From an uncultured Bacteroidales bacterium (lineage in GTDB: Bacteria > Bacteroidota > Bacteroidia > Bacteroidales > CAYTAU01): 64,000 bases of DNA. This document shows positions 46,974 through 55,188 of the stretch, piece by piece. Both the position numbers and the translations under genes were made by a program. The stretch's first letter is position 1; the number at the start of each line of letters is the position of its first letter. The notes below the pieces were generated by a model. That model worked only from the letters and a program-made list of their open reading frames with translations, was not told the DNA's origin and searched no databases. The DNA is taken from the NCBI GenBank assembly GCA_964442075.1, contig CAYTWH010000002.1, positions 59,565 to 123,564 of the forward strand. The letters run 5' to 3'.

Positions 46974-47891
46974 TTAGGTTTTTATTAAACGTAAAATCCA
47001 AGGTAATTTGTTTACCTTAACATTTATATAATTACATTTTTTTGCATTAAAACCACTGTAAAATCTTGCAAGGCTTTCAATATTAGATCCTTCAAAATCC
47101 AATGTTATATTTCTTTCTGAATTTTGCTTTATAAAATAGTCAATTAAAAGGAACATCGCCCTGCTCTCAATTCCCTCATTATTTGACGCTGCAAAAAGAT
47201 ATATGCTTTTATTGTTTGTTGTTAAAAAAAATGCTGAAGCACAAAGAGTGTTTTGAGCCGTATATGCTCCAATTAAATTCCCAATTTGATGTTTAATGCC
47301 AAAAGCAATAATTTTTCTTATATTATTATAATGATGTTCATTAAGGCGTTTTATTTTTTGACCTAAATTGTTTTTTATTAAATCTATAAGTTCATTTGCC
47401 GAAACACTTTCTATAATATTAATGTTATTACTTTTTGCTTTTTTTATATTCCGCTTTGTATTGGTTGAAAAATTCTTGTAAATTTTATCATAAGGTTCAA
47501 TTAGATCAAGCTCGTAAGTTTTGTTTATAACAGTTTTATATTTTTTGTTTTCAACTTTATTAAATTTATTTAAGTTGATGTTAAGTAGTTTAAATTCTTT
47601 TGGAATTGCATCAATAAATTTTGAAACAATTTTTGGAGTAAGTTGTGTTATTGAAAAAACCCCAAGCTGCTGGGTATAAAGGGGCTGAAAAACATAATTT
47701 ATGCCCATTTTTTTAGAATGAGTAAGTGGCATAACTGTTTCATAATCGCCTAATATAAGAGCATCCCAGTTTTCTGAAACAATATCAAGATACCAGGAAT
47801 AAGCATAAGCTATTCCATTAAAAGAACGACTTATACACCAATCCCATTTTTTAAAGTCAATCTTATTATGTTTAAGATATTTTATGCTCAA
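46974..47891 (-). CDS. FemAB/GNAT-fold acyltransferase-like protein
   Basis: 305 aa. The assignment rests on overall resemblance to Acetyltransf_6/FemAB-like proteins (two-lobed, LFAASNNEG...FEGS). This is weak. Confidence 0.45.
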   Translation of the reverse strand: MSIKYLKHNKIDFKKWDWCISRSFNGIAYAYSWYLDIVSENWDALILGDYETVMPLTHSKKMGINYVFQPLYTQQLGVFSITQLTPKIVSKFIDAIPKEFKLLNINLNKFNKVENKKYKTVINKTYELDLIEPYDKIYKNFSTNTKRNIKKAKSNNINIIESVSANELIDLIKNNLGQKIKRLNEHHYNNIRKIIAFGIKHQIGNLIGAYTAQNTLCASAFFLTTNNKSIYLFAASNNEGIESRAMFLLIDYFIKQNSERNITLDFEGSNIESLARFYSGFNAKKCNYINVKVNKLPWILRLIKT

Positions 47892-47907
47892 TGATAATAA
47901 TATTTTG

Positions 47908-48492
47908 TTAGTGCATCAATTCAGGAATAGTAACATACCTGCCATACCCCATATATTTTTTCCCATTGGTGTCAATTCCAATGTAATACCACAATCCGTT
48001 TCTGCTAACTAATTCAATGTTTTTAACACTCCAGCTTGAAGGGTCTATATATTCAGTATTTAATTCTAATATGCCATTTTTGCAATTTTCCCAGGAAAAC
48101 ATATCATTATTGGTTTTAATAAAATACCAGGTTGCAAAATCTTTGGTATTATATGGCTTTTTTGTTAAATTACCTAAAACCCATTCCCCGTTTTTATAAT
48201 TATAAGTGCCAAATTCTATAATCTTAATTCCATTAATATTTGATGTTACAGTTGTTGAATGTTTCCATACAAATATATTCGTATCTTTATCATATACCTG
48301 CGCATAAATTGAATCAGGTTTATGAGAAACATATAATCCTACAGGTATATCTTTAATTACATTAGGGATTGTGTCACAATCAGTTTGCGTGTGTGTCTCA
48401 ATATTGTTATTATCTTCTGTTATATAAGTAGCATCCTCTTTACAGGCTATGAATGTAAGTATGAAAGATAAAATAATGAGAAAAAATTTCAT
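47908..48492 (-). CDS. Hypothetical lipoprotein
   Basis: Start at ATG 48492-48490 gives MKFFLIILSFILTFIACKED (lipobox). No family recognised. Confidence 0.5.
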   Translation of the reverse strand: MKFFLIILSFILTFIACKEDATYITEDNNNIETHTQTDCDTIPNVIKDIPVGLYVSHKPDSIYAQVYDKDTNIFVWKHSTTVTSNINGIKIIEFGTYNYKNGEWVLGNLTKKPYNTKDFATWYFIKTNNDMFSWENCKNGILELNTEYIDPSSWSVKNIELVSRNGLWYYIGIDTNGKKYMGYGRYVTIPELMH

Positions 48493-48611
48493 CGAATTTT
48501 GTCTAGTTTGTGAACTCAAATATATGAATATGTAAAAGAATATGCAAAGTTAGTAATAAAAAAAAGAAAGAATATTTAAATTTCAATCATTAAATTATCA
48601 AAAAAAAATGC

Positions 48612-49970
48612 TTAAAATATCTCAAATATTATGCTTCCAATTGTAAGATAAATGAAAACTCCAATAATATCATTTACGGTAGTAATAAAAGGACCTGTTG
48701 CAAGAGCAGGGTCAATTTTAAATTTGTCAAGTATTAATGGTGTAAATGTTCCAAATACAGATGCAAAAACAATAACAATAAATAAGGCAGAACTAACGGT
48801 TATTGTCAGAGCTAAGGAATCAGCAGTAATTATGTTATATACTAAAACAATTGCTGAACAAATAATTCCATTAATAAGACCTATAAATAATTCTTTTAAT
48901 AGTTTTTTTGGAATACCTTCAACTCCCATAGATTTGCTTGCTAATCCCTGAACAACAATTGCCGATGATTGTACACCTACATTTCCTGCCATAGCAGCTA
49001 TCATGGGTAAAAACAATGCAAGTCCAACATATTTTATAATATCGTTTTGGTAATAACCAATTATTAATGCTCCTACAATACCTCCTGTCATACCAATTAA
49101 TAACCATGGTAGTCGAGCTCTGGTTTGGACAATTACGCTATCGGTAGTCTCAATATCTTCAACAATACCTGATGCTAACTGATAATCTTTTTCGGCTTCT
49201 TCTCTTATAACATCTACAACATCATCAATAGTAATTCTACCAACCAAACGACCTATGCTATCTGTAACCGGCATTGAAACAAGATCATATTTATCCATTG
49301 CATTTGCTACATCTTCTGCAGAAACTTCCGTATTGGTTTTAATAACATCGTGATTACATATATCGCATATTTTAGTGCTTCTTTGATTTAAAATTAGATC
49401 TTTTATTGATACAATACCTGTTAGTTTTTCATTATCATCAATAATATACAAAAAATAAATTTCATCAACTTCTTCTGACATTTTTCTAACTTCTCTAATG
49501 CACTCCTCAACGGTCCAGTTAATGTTGGCTGAAATAAACTCTTTTCCCATTAATCCACCTGCTGTATCCTTATCGTAATTCATAAGGTCAACAATATCTC
49601 CTGCTTGTTCTAGATCAATGATATGCGATAGTACTTCGTCTTTCTTTTTTTCTGATAAATCGGCAAGTACGTCAGCAGCATCATCACTGTCCATTTCTTC
49701 GATAAACTGCTTTGCAATTACATCACTGGGAACTGCTGCAAGAAATTTTTCCCTATCATCTTCTTCCAGTTCCGCAATAACATCAGCAGCTTTTTCGGTG
49801 TCAAGCAAAAGGTATAAAAATTTCGCCTGCTCGATATCTAATTCATCATATAATTCAGCAATATCAGCAGCATGCAATTCTTCAATTAAAGTAATTGCTG
49901 CTTTGTTATCTTTATTTTCAATAATATTGATAACTTGTTCTACAAACTTTTTTGTTAATTCAAAATGCAT
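48612..49970 (-). CDS. mgtE: Magnesium transporter MgtE
   Basis: 452 aa. Acidic N-domain, tandem CBS domains and a C-terminal 5-TM domain with PMIAAMAGNVGVQS and GPFITTVNDI. Confidence 0.9.
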   Translation of the reverse strand: MHFELTKKFVEQVINIIENKDNKAAITLIEELHAADIAELYDELDIEQAKFLYLLLDTEKAADVIAELEEDDREKFLAAVPSDVIAKQFIEEMDSDDAADVLADLSEKKKDEVLSHIIDLEQAGDIVDLMNYDKDTAGGLMGKEFISANINWTVEECIREVRKMSEEVDEIYFLYIIDDNEKLTGIVSIKDLILNQRSTKICDICNHDVIKTNTEVSAEDVANAMDKYDLVSMPVTDSIGRLVGRITIDDVVDVIREEAEKDYQLASGIVEDIETTDSVIVQTRARLPWLLIGMTGGIVGALIIGYYQNDIIKYVGLALFLPMIAAMAGNVGVQSSAIVVQGLASKSMGVEGIPKKLLKELFIGLINGIICSAIVLVYNIITADSLALTITVSSALFIVIVFASVFGTFTPLILDKFKIDPALATGPFITTVNDIIGVFIYLTIGSIIFEIF

Positions 49971-50000
49971 TGCCTTGTTTTTTTGAATCTATTTTGTCCG

Positions 50001-50040
50001 TTTGAAAAAAAAGTCTTTAAGTTCAAACTTAAAGACTTTT
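50001..50040 (-). terminator. Rho-independent terminator downstream of tRNA-Asp
   Basis: A 14-bp stem, AAAAGTCTTTAAGT (50009-50022) with ACTTAAAGACTTTT (50027-50040), and loop TCAA. A T-run follows on the minus strand. Confidence 0.7.
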
Positions 50041-50043
50041 GAG

Positions 50044-50117
50044 CGGTCTGGACGGGACTCGAACCCGCGACCTCCGGCGTGACAGGCCGGCATTCTAACC
50101 AACTGAACTACCAAACC
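50044..50117 (-). tRNA. tRNA-Asp (anticodon GTC)
   Basis: The reverse complement reads GGTTTGGTAGTTCAGTTGGTTAGAATGCCGGCCTGTCACGCCGGAGGTCGCGGGTTCGAGTCCCGTCCAGACCG. It has a 7-bp acceptor stem, anticodon stem CCGGC/GCCGG with loop CTGTCAC, and a GTTCGAGTC T-loop. No CCA is encoded. Confidence 0.9.
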
Positions 50118-50135
50118 AAATAACTTTTGAGGCTA

Positions 50136-50166
50136 CAAAGGTATATTATTATTTTTTATTGACAAA
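50136..50166 (-). promoter_or_regulatory. Bacteroidota-type promoter for tRNA-Asp (-33 TTTG / -7 TAnnTTTG)
   Basis: On the minus strand, TACCTTTG (plus-strand CAAAGGTA, 50136-50143) lies 19 nt upstream of the mature 5' end. TTTG (plus-strand CAAA, 50163-50166) lies 19 nt further upstream. Confidence 0.5.
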
Positions 50167-50228
50167 AAAATTACTATGTTTTATATTTCGTATCTACTGC
50201 ACTCTATTATTTTTTGAAAACATCAATT

Positions 50229-50313
50229 CTACAAATATTTAGCATCCCGAATCAAGCTCAGAACAGGCTCTACGGCGCTATTATTAGTCTCGTTAAAGAC
50301 GATATATTTGTAG
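50229..50313. repeat. Short element bounded by 10-bp inverted repeats (MITE/REP-like)
   Basis: CTACAAATAT (50229-50238) and ATATTTGTAG (50304-50313) flank a 65-nt core (AGCATCCCGAATCAAGCTCAGAACAGGCTCTACGGCGC...) that is more GC-rich than its surroundings. Confidence 0.5.
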
Positions 50314-50414
50314 TATAATAATAATTAAAACAGACCCTAATGGGCAAAATATTATTAACTTATAAAAAACAAATAGCTTTAAGCATATTCAATGAATTTA
50401 GTCGAACAGTAGTG

Positions 50415-51161
50415 TTAAAAAATATAAGATATTCCATTGTTAAAATTGTAAAATAAATTCTGAATATTTTCGGGTGGTTCAGAATCATAACTAAAACTAA
50501 AGGCAACTTTATAAATAAGTTTATCTGAAATTTTTATTTTCATATTAGTCTCACTTGATAATCTAAAATCGTTAAAATAATTTAAGGCCGGCTGATAATA
50601 AGTAATATGACCAAAACTTAAATTCTCTTTAATTTCAAAATTAGTTGACAAATATAAATTTAATCTGATTTTATCGGAGGATTGGTTATCTTCAAGCAGT
50701 TCAAATTCATACATAAATGAAGTGCCTGCATATAATTTCAGTTTTGGTTTATTATGTATTCTGTAACGCGTTCCTGTCCCCCATAAAAATCTACGCTGTA
50801 ATTTTTGTATTTTATTATATTGAATTTGTGTAAAAGCTTCAGCAATTAAGCATTTGTTTTTGAAATCATAATTATATCGTAAATGCTGGAAACCACTATT
50901 CAAATAACTTTGTGTATCAACCTGCATTATTGTAATATCATTAAAAAATAAATATGTTGTTCTTTCTTTAAAATATTGAAGTTTAACAACATTTTTTCCT
51001 TGAATTATATTTTTTGTGCTTTTTATAAAATTAACAGAAAGATCAATATTCCCTTGAAGTTTTTTATCATTTGACGAAAATCGCTTTTTCTCAATATTAA
51101 CAACTTGTGTGAAAGATGAAAAACAGGTTATTAAGAATATTATTAAGAGACTAAATTTCAT
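50415..51161 (-). CDS. Outer-membrane beta-barrel protein (DUF481-like)
   Basis: Start at ATG 51161 gives MKFSLLIIFLITCFSSFTQ (signal peptide). Alternating beta-strand pattern, ending ...NNGISYIF (terminal aromatic). The track start at 51245 would run through the predicted promoter. Confidence 0.6.
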   Translation of the reverse strand: MKFSLLIIFLITCFSSFTQVVNIEKKRFSSNDKKLQGNIDLSVNFIKSTKNIIQGKNVVKLQYFKERTTYLFFNDITIMQVDTQSYLNSGFQHLRYNYDFKNKCLIAEAFTQIQYNKIQKLQRRFLWGTGTRYRIHNKPKLKLYAGTSFMYEFELLEDNQSSDKIRLNLYLSTNFEIKENLSFGHITYYQPALNYFNDFRLSSETNMKIKISDKLIYKVAFSFSYDSEPPENIQNLFYNFNNGISYIF

Positions 51162-51194
51162 TGTTTTAAAAAAAATTGCATTTGTTTTACAATG

Positions 51195-51229
51195 CAAAAT
51201 TAATAATAATTTGCAATCGTTTATACAAA
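51195..51229 (-). promoter_or_regulatory. Candidate promoter of the DUF481-like gene
   Basis: Minus-strand -7 box TAATTTTG (plus-strand CAAAATTA, 51195-51202) lies ~34 nt upstream of ATG 51161. The nearest TTTG (plus-strand CAAA, 51226-51229) is 23 nt upstream and belongs to the heptamer tract. Confidence 0.4.
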
Positions 51230-51256
51230 CAACGACAAACAACAAACAACAAACAA
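51226..51256. repeat. Heptanucleotide tandem tract (CAAACAA)n
   Basis: CAAACAA at 51226-51232, then CGA, then three perfect tandem copies at 51236-51256. Confidence 0.85.
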
Positions 51257-51388
51257 TTTAGTCCATTAAAAATTAGGATTGATTTTTGCTAAAAAAATGA
51301 TATGTTAAAAAAAAGCCAAAATTGAAATATAATTTCAAATTATATTAATAATTTAGCATACTTTTTTCAAATTAATATTATAATAATT

Positions 51389-51841
51389 ATGAGAACATTC
51401 ATAGCATCATTAATTTTTATATTACTAATTGTAAATGTTAATTTTGCACAAGAATCCAAACCAAAAAATGACAATAACAAACCGGTAATTACATTTGGAA
51501 AATTAACCCATGATTATGGAACAATACCTCAAAAAAGCATTGGTACTTGTGAATTTAAATTTACAAACACAGGTAAATTACCTTTGATATTAAGTAATGT
51601 AAAATCATCTTGTGGTTGCACAATTCCATCGTGGACAAAAAACCCGGTGCCCAGAAAGAAAAATGGTGTAATTAAAGTTAAATATAACACTAACAGGGTT
51701 GGAAGTTTTCAAAAATCTATTACCGTTTATTCAAATGCTAAAAATTCACAAGTAACTTTAATAATAAAGGGTAAAGTTGAAAAAAAGGCAAATAATAATA
51801 AGGCACCTGTTAAAGATAAGCCAATAATGAAAGCAAAATAA
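51389..51841 (+). CDS. DUF1573 domain protein
   Basis: 150 aa with a signal peptide, FGKLTHDYGTIPQ...CEFKFTNTGKLPLILSNVKSSCGCT...G.IKVKYNTNRVGSFQKSITVYSN. Confidence 0.75.
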   Translation: MRTFIASLIFILLIVNVNFAQESKPKNDNNKPVITFGKLTHDYGTIPQKSIGTCEFKFTNTGKLPLILSNVKSSCGCTIPSWTKNPVPRKKNGVIKVKYNTNRVGSFQKSITVYSNAKNSQVTLIIKGKVEKKANNNKAPVKDKPIMKAK

Positions 51842-51872
51842 TAAATCAGTACTAATTTAAAACTATAAAGAT

Positions 51873-53072
51873 ATGCCACAAATATCTAAAAAAGGCAAGT
51901 TAATGCCTCAATCACCAATCAGAAAGCTTGTTCCTTATGCTGAAGCAGCGAGAAGAAAGGGTAGAAAAATTTATCCTTTAAATATCGGGCAACCAGATAT
52001 TGATACACCAGAAGTAGCTCTAAATGCTGTTAAAAACATGAGCAAAACAGTTATTGAGTACAGCCATTCTGCAGGTAATCAGTCGTACAGAGAGAAGCTT
52101 GCAAAATATTATCAAAATATTGATATTGACGTTAGTGCAGACGAGATGCTTATTACAACAGGTGGTTCTGAAGCTATTATTTTTGCTTTTATGACTTGCT
52201 TGAACCCCGGTGAAGAAATAATTGTGCCGGAACCGTTTTACGCTAATTACAATGGCTTTGCAACAATAGCAGGAGTAGTTGTAAAACCCCTTACTTCATC
52301 AATTGAAAATGATTTTGCATTACCTCCAATTGAAGAAATTGAAAAACTTATTACTCCCAAAACAAAAGGAATTGTTATTTGCAACCCAAATAATCCTACA
52401 GGATATTTATATTCTGAAGAAGAATTAAAAGCTCTAGCTACATTGGTTAAAAAATATGATTTATATTTATTTTCCGATGAGGTATATCGTGAGTTTTGTT
52501 ATGATGGCGAAAATCATTTTTCTGCTATGTACCTTGAAGGATTAGAAAATAATGTAATTTTATTGGATTCTGTTTCAAAACGATACAGTATGTGTGGTGC
52601 GCGTATTGGAGTATTGGTAACAAAAAATAAAGAAGTAATTGCAAATGCACTAAAATTTGCACAAGCCCGATTATGTCCGCCATCATTTGGGCAAGTTGCT
52701 GCTGAAGCCGCTCTTGACACTCCAAGTGAATATTTCACAGAGGTTTATAATGAATACCTTGAAAGGCGAAATTTTATGGTAGCAGAGCTAAATAAAATAG
52801 AAGGCGTTTACAGTCCATTGCCTAAGGGTGCATTTTATACTGTTGTTAAGCTTCCTGTTGATGATGCCGACAAATTTGCACAATGGATACTCGAAGAATT
52901 TGAATATAATAACCAAACCGTAATGATTGCTCCGGCATCAGGGTTTTATGCAAGTCCGGGACTTGGTAAAAACGAAGCTCGCATTGCTTATGTTCTTAAA
53001 AAAGAAGATTTGGCAAATGCAATGGAAACTTTAAACGAAGCATTAAAAGTTTATCCGGGAAGAACTATTTAA
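51873..53072 (+). CDS. Class I pyridoxal-phosphate aminotransferase (aspartate aminotransferase-like)
   Basis: 399 aa with SPIRKL, NIGQPD, NPNNPTG, and SVSKRYSMCGARIG carrying the PLP lysine. Confidence 0.85.
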   Translation: MPQISKKGKLMPQSPIRKLVPYAEAARRKGRKIYPLNIGQPDIDTPEVALNAVKNMSKTVIEYSHSAGNQSYREKLAKYYQNIDIDVSADEMLITTGGSEAIIFAFMTCLNPGEEIIVPEPFYANYNGFATIAGVVVKPLTSSIENDFALPPIEEIEKLITPKTKGIVICNPNNPTGYLYSEEELKALATLVKKYDLYLFSDEVYREFCYDGENHFSAMYLEGLENNVILLDSVSKRYSMCGARIGVLVTKNKEVIANALKFAQARLCPPSFGQVAAEAALDTPSEYFTEVYNEYLERRNFMVAELNKIEGVYSPLPKGAFYTVVKLPVDDADKFAQWILEEFEYNNQTVMIAPASGFYASPGLGKNEARIAYVLKKEDLANAMETLNEALKVYPGRTI

Positions 53073-53169
53073 TTTTAAACAGATTATATTAATGGTTCAT
53101 CTATTGATGTAAATCTCAGTTTATTTTTAAAAAGTTTATGTAGATTTGACAGCTTAAAAGAATAGAAAT

Positions 53170-55131
53170 ATGACAAAAATTGACCCCGTCCAAAATTACG
53201 AACATACCAAAAAAGAGATTGGGTATGTTCCTCGAAAACAAGCAACACAGAAAGATTATGACCATATTGGATTCATGTCAGGCCTTGAAGTTCACCAACA
53301 ACTTTTAACAAAACGAAAGCTTTTTTGCAGATGTCCTGCCGGAATTTTTCAAAGTGATGAAGGTTATAATGCCGAAGTAATACGCCATATGAGGCCAACA
53401 CTTAGTGAATTGGGAGAATATGACGGAACGGCATTAATGGAATTTAAAACCAGAAAAGAAATTATTTACAGACTGAATAATGAAACAGCATGTACTTATG
53501 AAGTAGATGATACTCCACCTTTTCCAATTGATAAGGTAGCACTTGAAATAGCCCTTAAAATTTCAATTCTTAGTAAATTAAATATTGTTGGAGAAGTTCA
53601 TATAACAAGAAAACAATATCTTGACGGCAGTATTCCAACAGGTTTTCAAAGAACAGCAATTTTGGGTGTTGAAGGTGAAATTAAATTAAAAAACAAAACC
53701 GTAAGACTTATTCAATTAAGTATTGAAGAAGATTCTTGTCGTGAAATATCCGACATAAAACATGTCAGAGTTTACAAAACAGACAGACTAGGAATGCCAT
53801 TAATCGAAACTGTTACTTATCCTGACATGGTAAATCCTGAAGAGGTAATGGAGGCATGTGATTATATCCGGTTTTTAAATAGGAGTACGGGAAAAGTCAG
53901 AACAGGAATTGGTGCAGGAAGACAAGATGTGAATGTAAGCTGTAAAGGTGGAAGTCGTGTTGAAATAAAAGGAGTTGCACACACAAAATGGATACCTGAA
54001 CTTACACATAACGAATGTTACAGACAATGGGCATTGCTTGCTGTAAGGAAAAAATTATTAAAAAGAATAAAAAATCCCGATAATTGGAAAATTGAACATG
54101 CAAATTTGGATTGGGATGCTTTTCAAATTACTTATGAGCCCTTAAAAATAGCTAAAGATAATGGGGAAAAACTGTATGCTGTAAATCTTCCAAATTTCAA
54201 AGGTATTCTTTCTCACTTTACACAGCCCGGAAAAATGTTTTCAAACGAAATTTCCGACAGATTAAAAGTAATTGCCTGTCTTGAAAAACCCAACATGCTT
54301 CATACAGAGCAATATGAGAAAATAATTAATAAAGCCGACCTGGAAATTATTAGTTCAATTGTTAATGCGGGCGAAAACGATGCACAAATTATTTTCTGGG
54401 GACCTGAAGAAGATATTAAAACGGCATTAGAAACTATTGAAGAAAGATGCCAAATGGCTTTTGAGGGAATTCCTGAAGAAACACGAAAATCATTTGAGAA
54501 CGGAACAACAATTTTTGAAAGAGTGCTTCCCGGAGCCGACAGAATGTATCCTGATACAGACAGCCCGCCTATTCCTCTTGAAAATGACTATATTGATAAA
54601 TTAGGAGAAAACCTTCCGGTTGACATAATTGACAGATACAAACAATTAAAAAACTGGGATATTCCTGAAGATACTTACAAATATATTTTAAGTAAAAATC
54701 TGGTGCCGCTTATTGAAAAAATCATCAATGATTTTGCTTACAATCCAAAATATATTGGAACTTTCATAGGACACAAACTAAAATATGTTGAAGGTCATTA
54801 TGTTTCTCCTGCAAAATTTGATTATGACCTTGTTTATGATCTATTCAAATTTGTTAAAGACAGTAAACTGGAAATTGAAATTGCAAAAGAAATGATCTCA
54901 GAATTATACGAACATCCACAAATGGATTTCGAATCAATTCTTGCAACTATTAAATATAAAAAGAAATCTAAAAAAGAAATTCTTGAACCTGTTGGCTTGC
55001 TTAAAAAGAAGTTTAAGAAAAACGGGGAAAGACAGACTCCTGATTCAATAAATGATTGGATTATGGGCGAGTTGCGCAAGCAAGCAATCGGGAATTGTAA
55101 TTTAACAGAACTTAAAAATTTAATATCTTAG
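53170..55131 (+). CDS. gatE: Glu-tRNA(Gln) amidotransferase subunit E-like (archaeal GatE type)
   Basis: 653 aa with GFMSGLEVHQQLLTKRKLFCRC, MRPTLSELGEYDGTALME, DGSIPTGFQRTAILG, DRLGMPLIETVTYPDM, GAGRQDVNVS, RVEIKGV. Its length and its pairing with a GatD-type gene argue for GatE rather than GatB. Confidence 0.8.
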   Translation: MTKIDPVQNYEHTKKEIGYVPRKQATQKDYDHIGFMSGLEVHQQLLTKRKLFCRCPAGIFQSDEGYNAEVIRHMRPTLSELGEYDGTALMEFKTRKEIIYRLNNETACTYEVDDTPPFPIDKVALEIALKISILSKLNIVGEVHITRKQYLDGSIPTGFQRTAILGVEGEIKLKNKTVRLIQLSIEEDSCREISDIKHVRVYKTDRLGMPLIETVTYPDMVNPEEVMEACDYIRFLNRSTGKVRTGIGAGRQDVNVSCKGGSRVEIKGVAHTKWIPELTHNECYRQWALLAVRKKLLKRIKNPDNWKIEHANLDWDAFQITYEPLKIAKDNGEKLYAVNLPNFKGILSHFTQPGKMFSNEISDRLKVIACLEKPNMLHTEQYEKIINKADLEIISSIVNAGENDAQIIFWGPEEDIKTALETIEERCQMAFEGIPEETRKSFENGTTIFERVLPGADRMYPDTDSPPIPLENDYIDKLGENLPVDIIDRYKQLKNWDIPEDTYKYILSKNLVPLIEKIINDFAYNPKYIGTFIGHKLKYVEGHYVSPAKFDYDLVYDLFKFVKDSKLEIEIAKEMISELYEHPQMDFESILATIKYKKKSKKEILEPVGLLKKKFKKNGERQTPDSINDWIMGELRKQAIGNCNLTELKNLIS

Positions 55132-55188
55132 ATATAATATCTAGAATATAAAATTGTAAATTGTAAATCGTAAATCTAAAATAGAAAA

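Noticed and set aside
49971-50414. Integrated mobile element or prophage at tRNA-Asp
   Set aside because: No integrase, no repeat of the tRNA 3' end, and ordinary genes on both sides. Only a small IR-bounded element is present.
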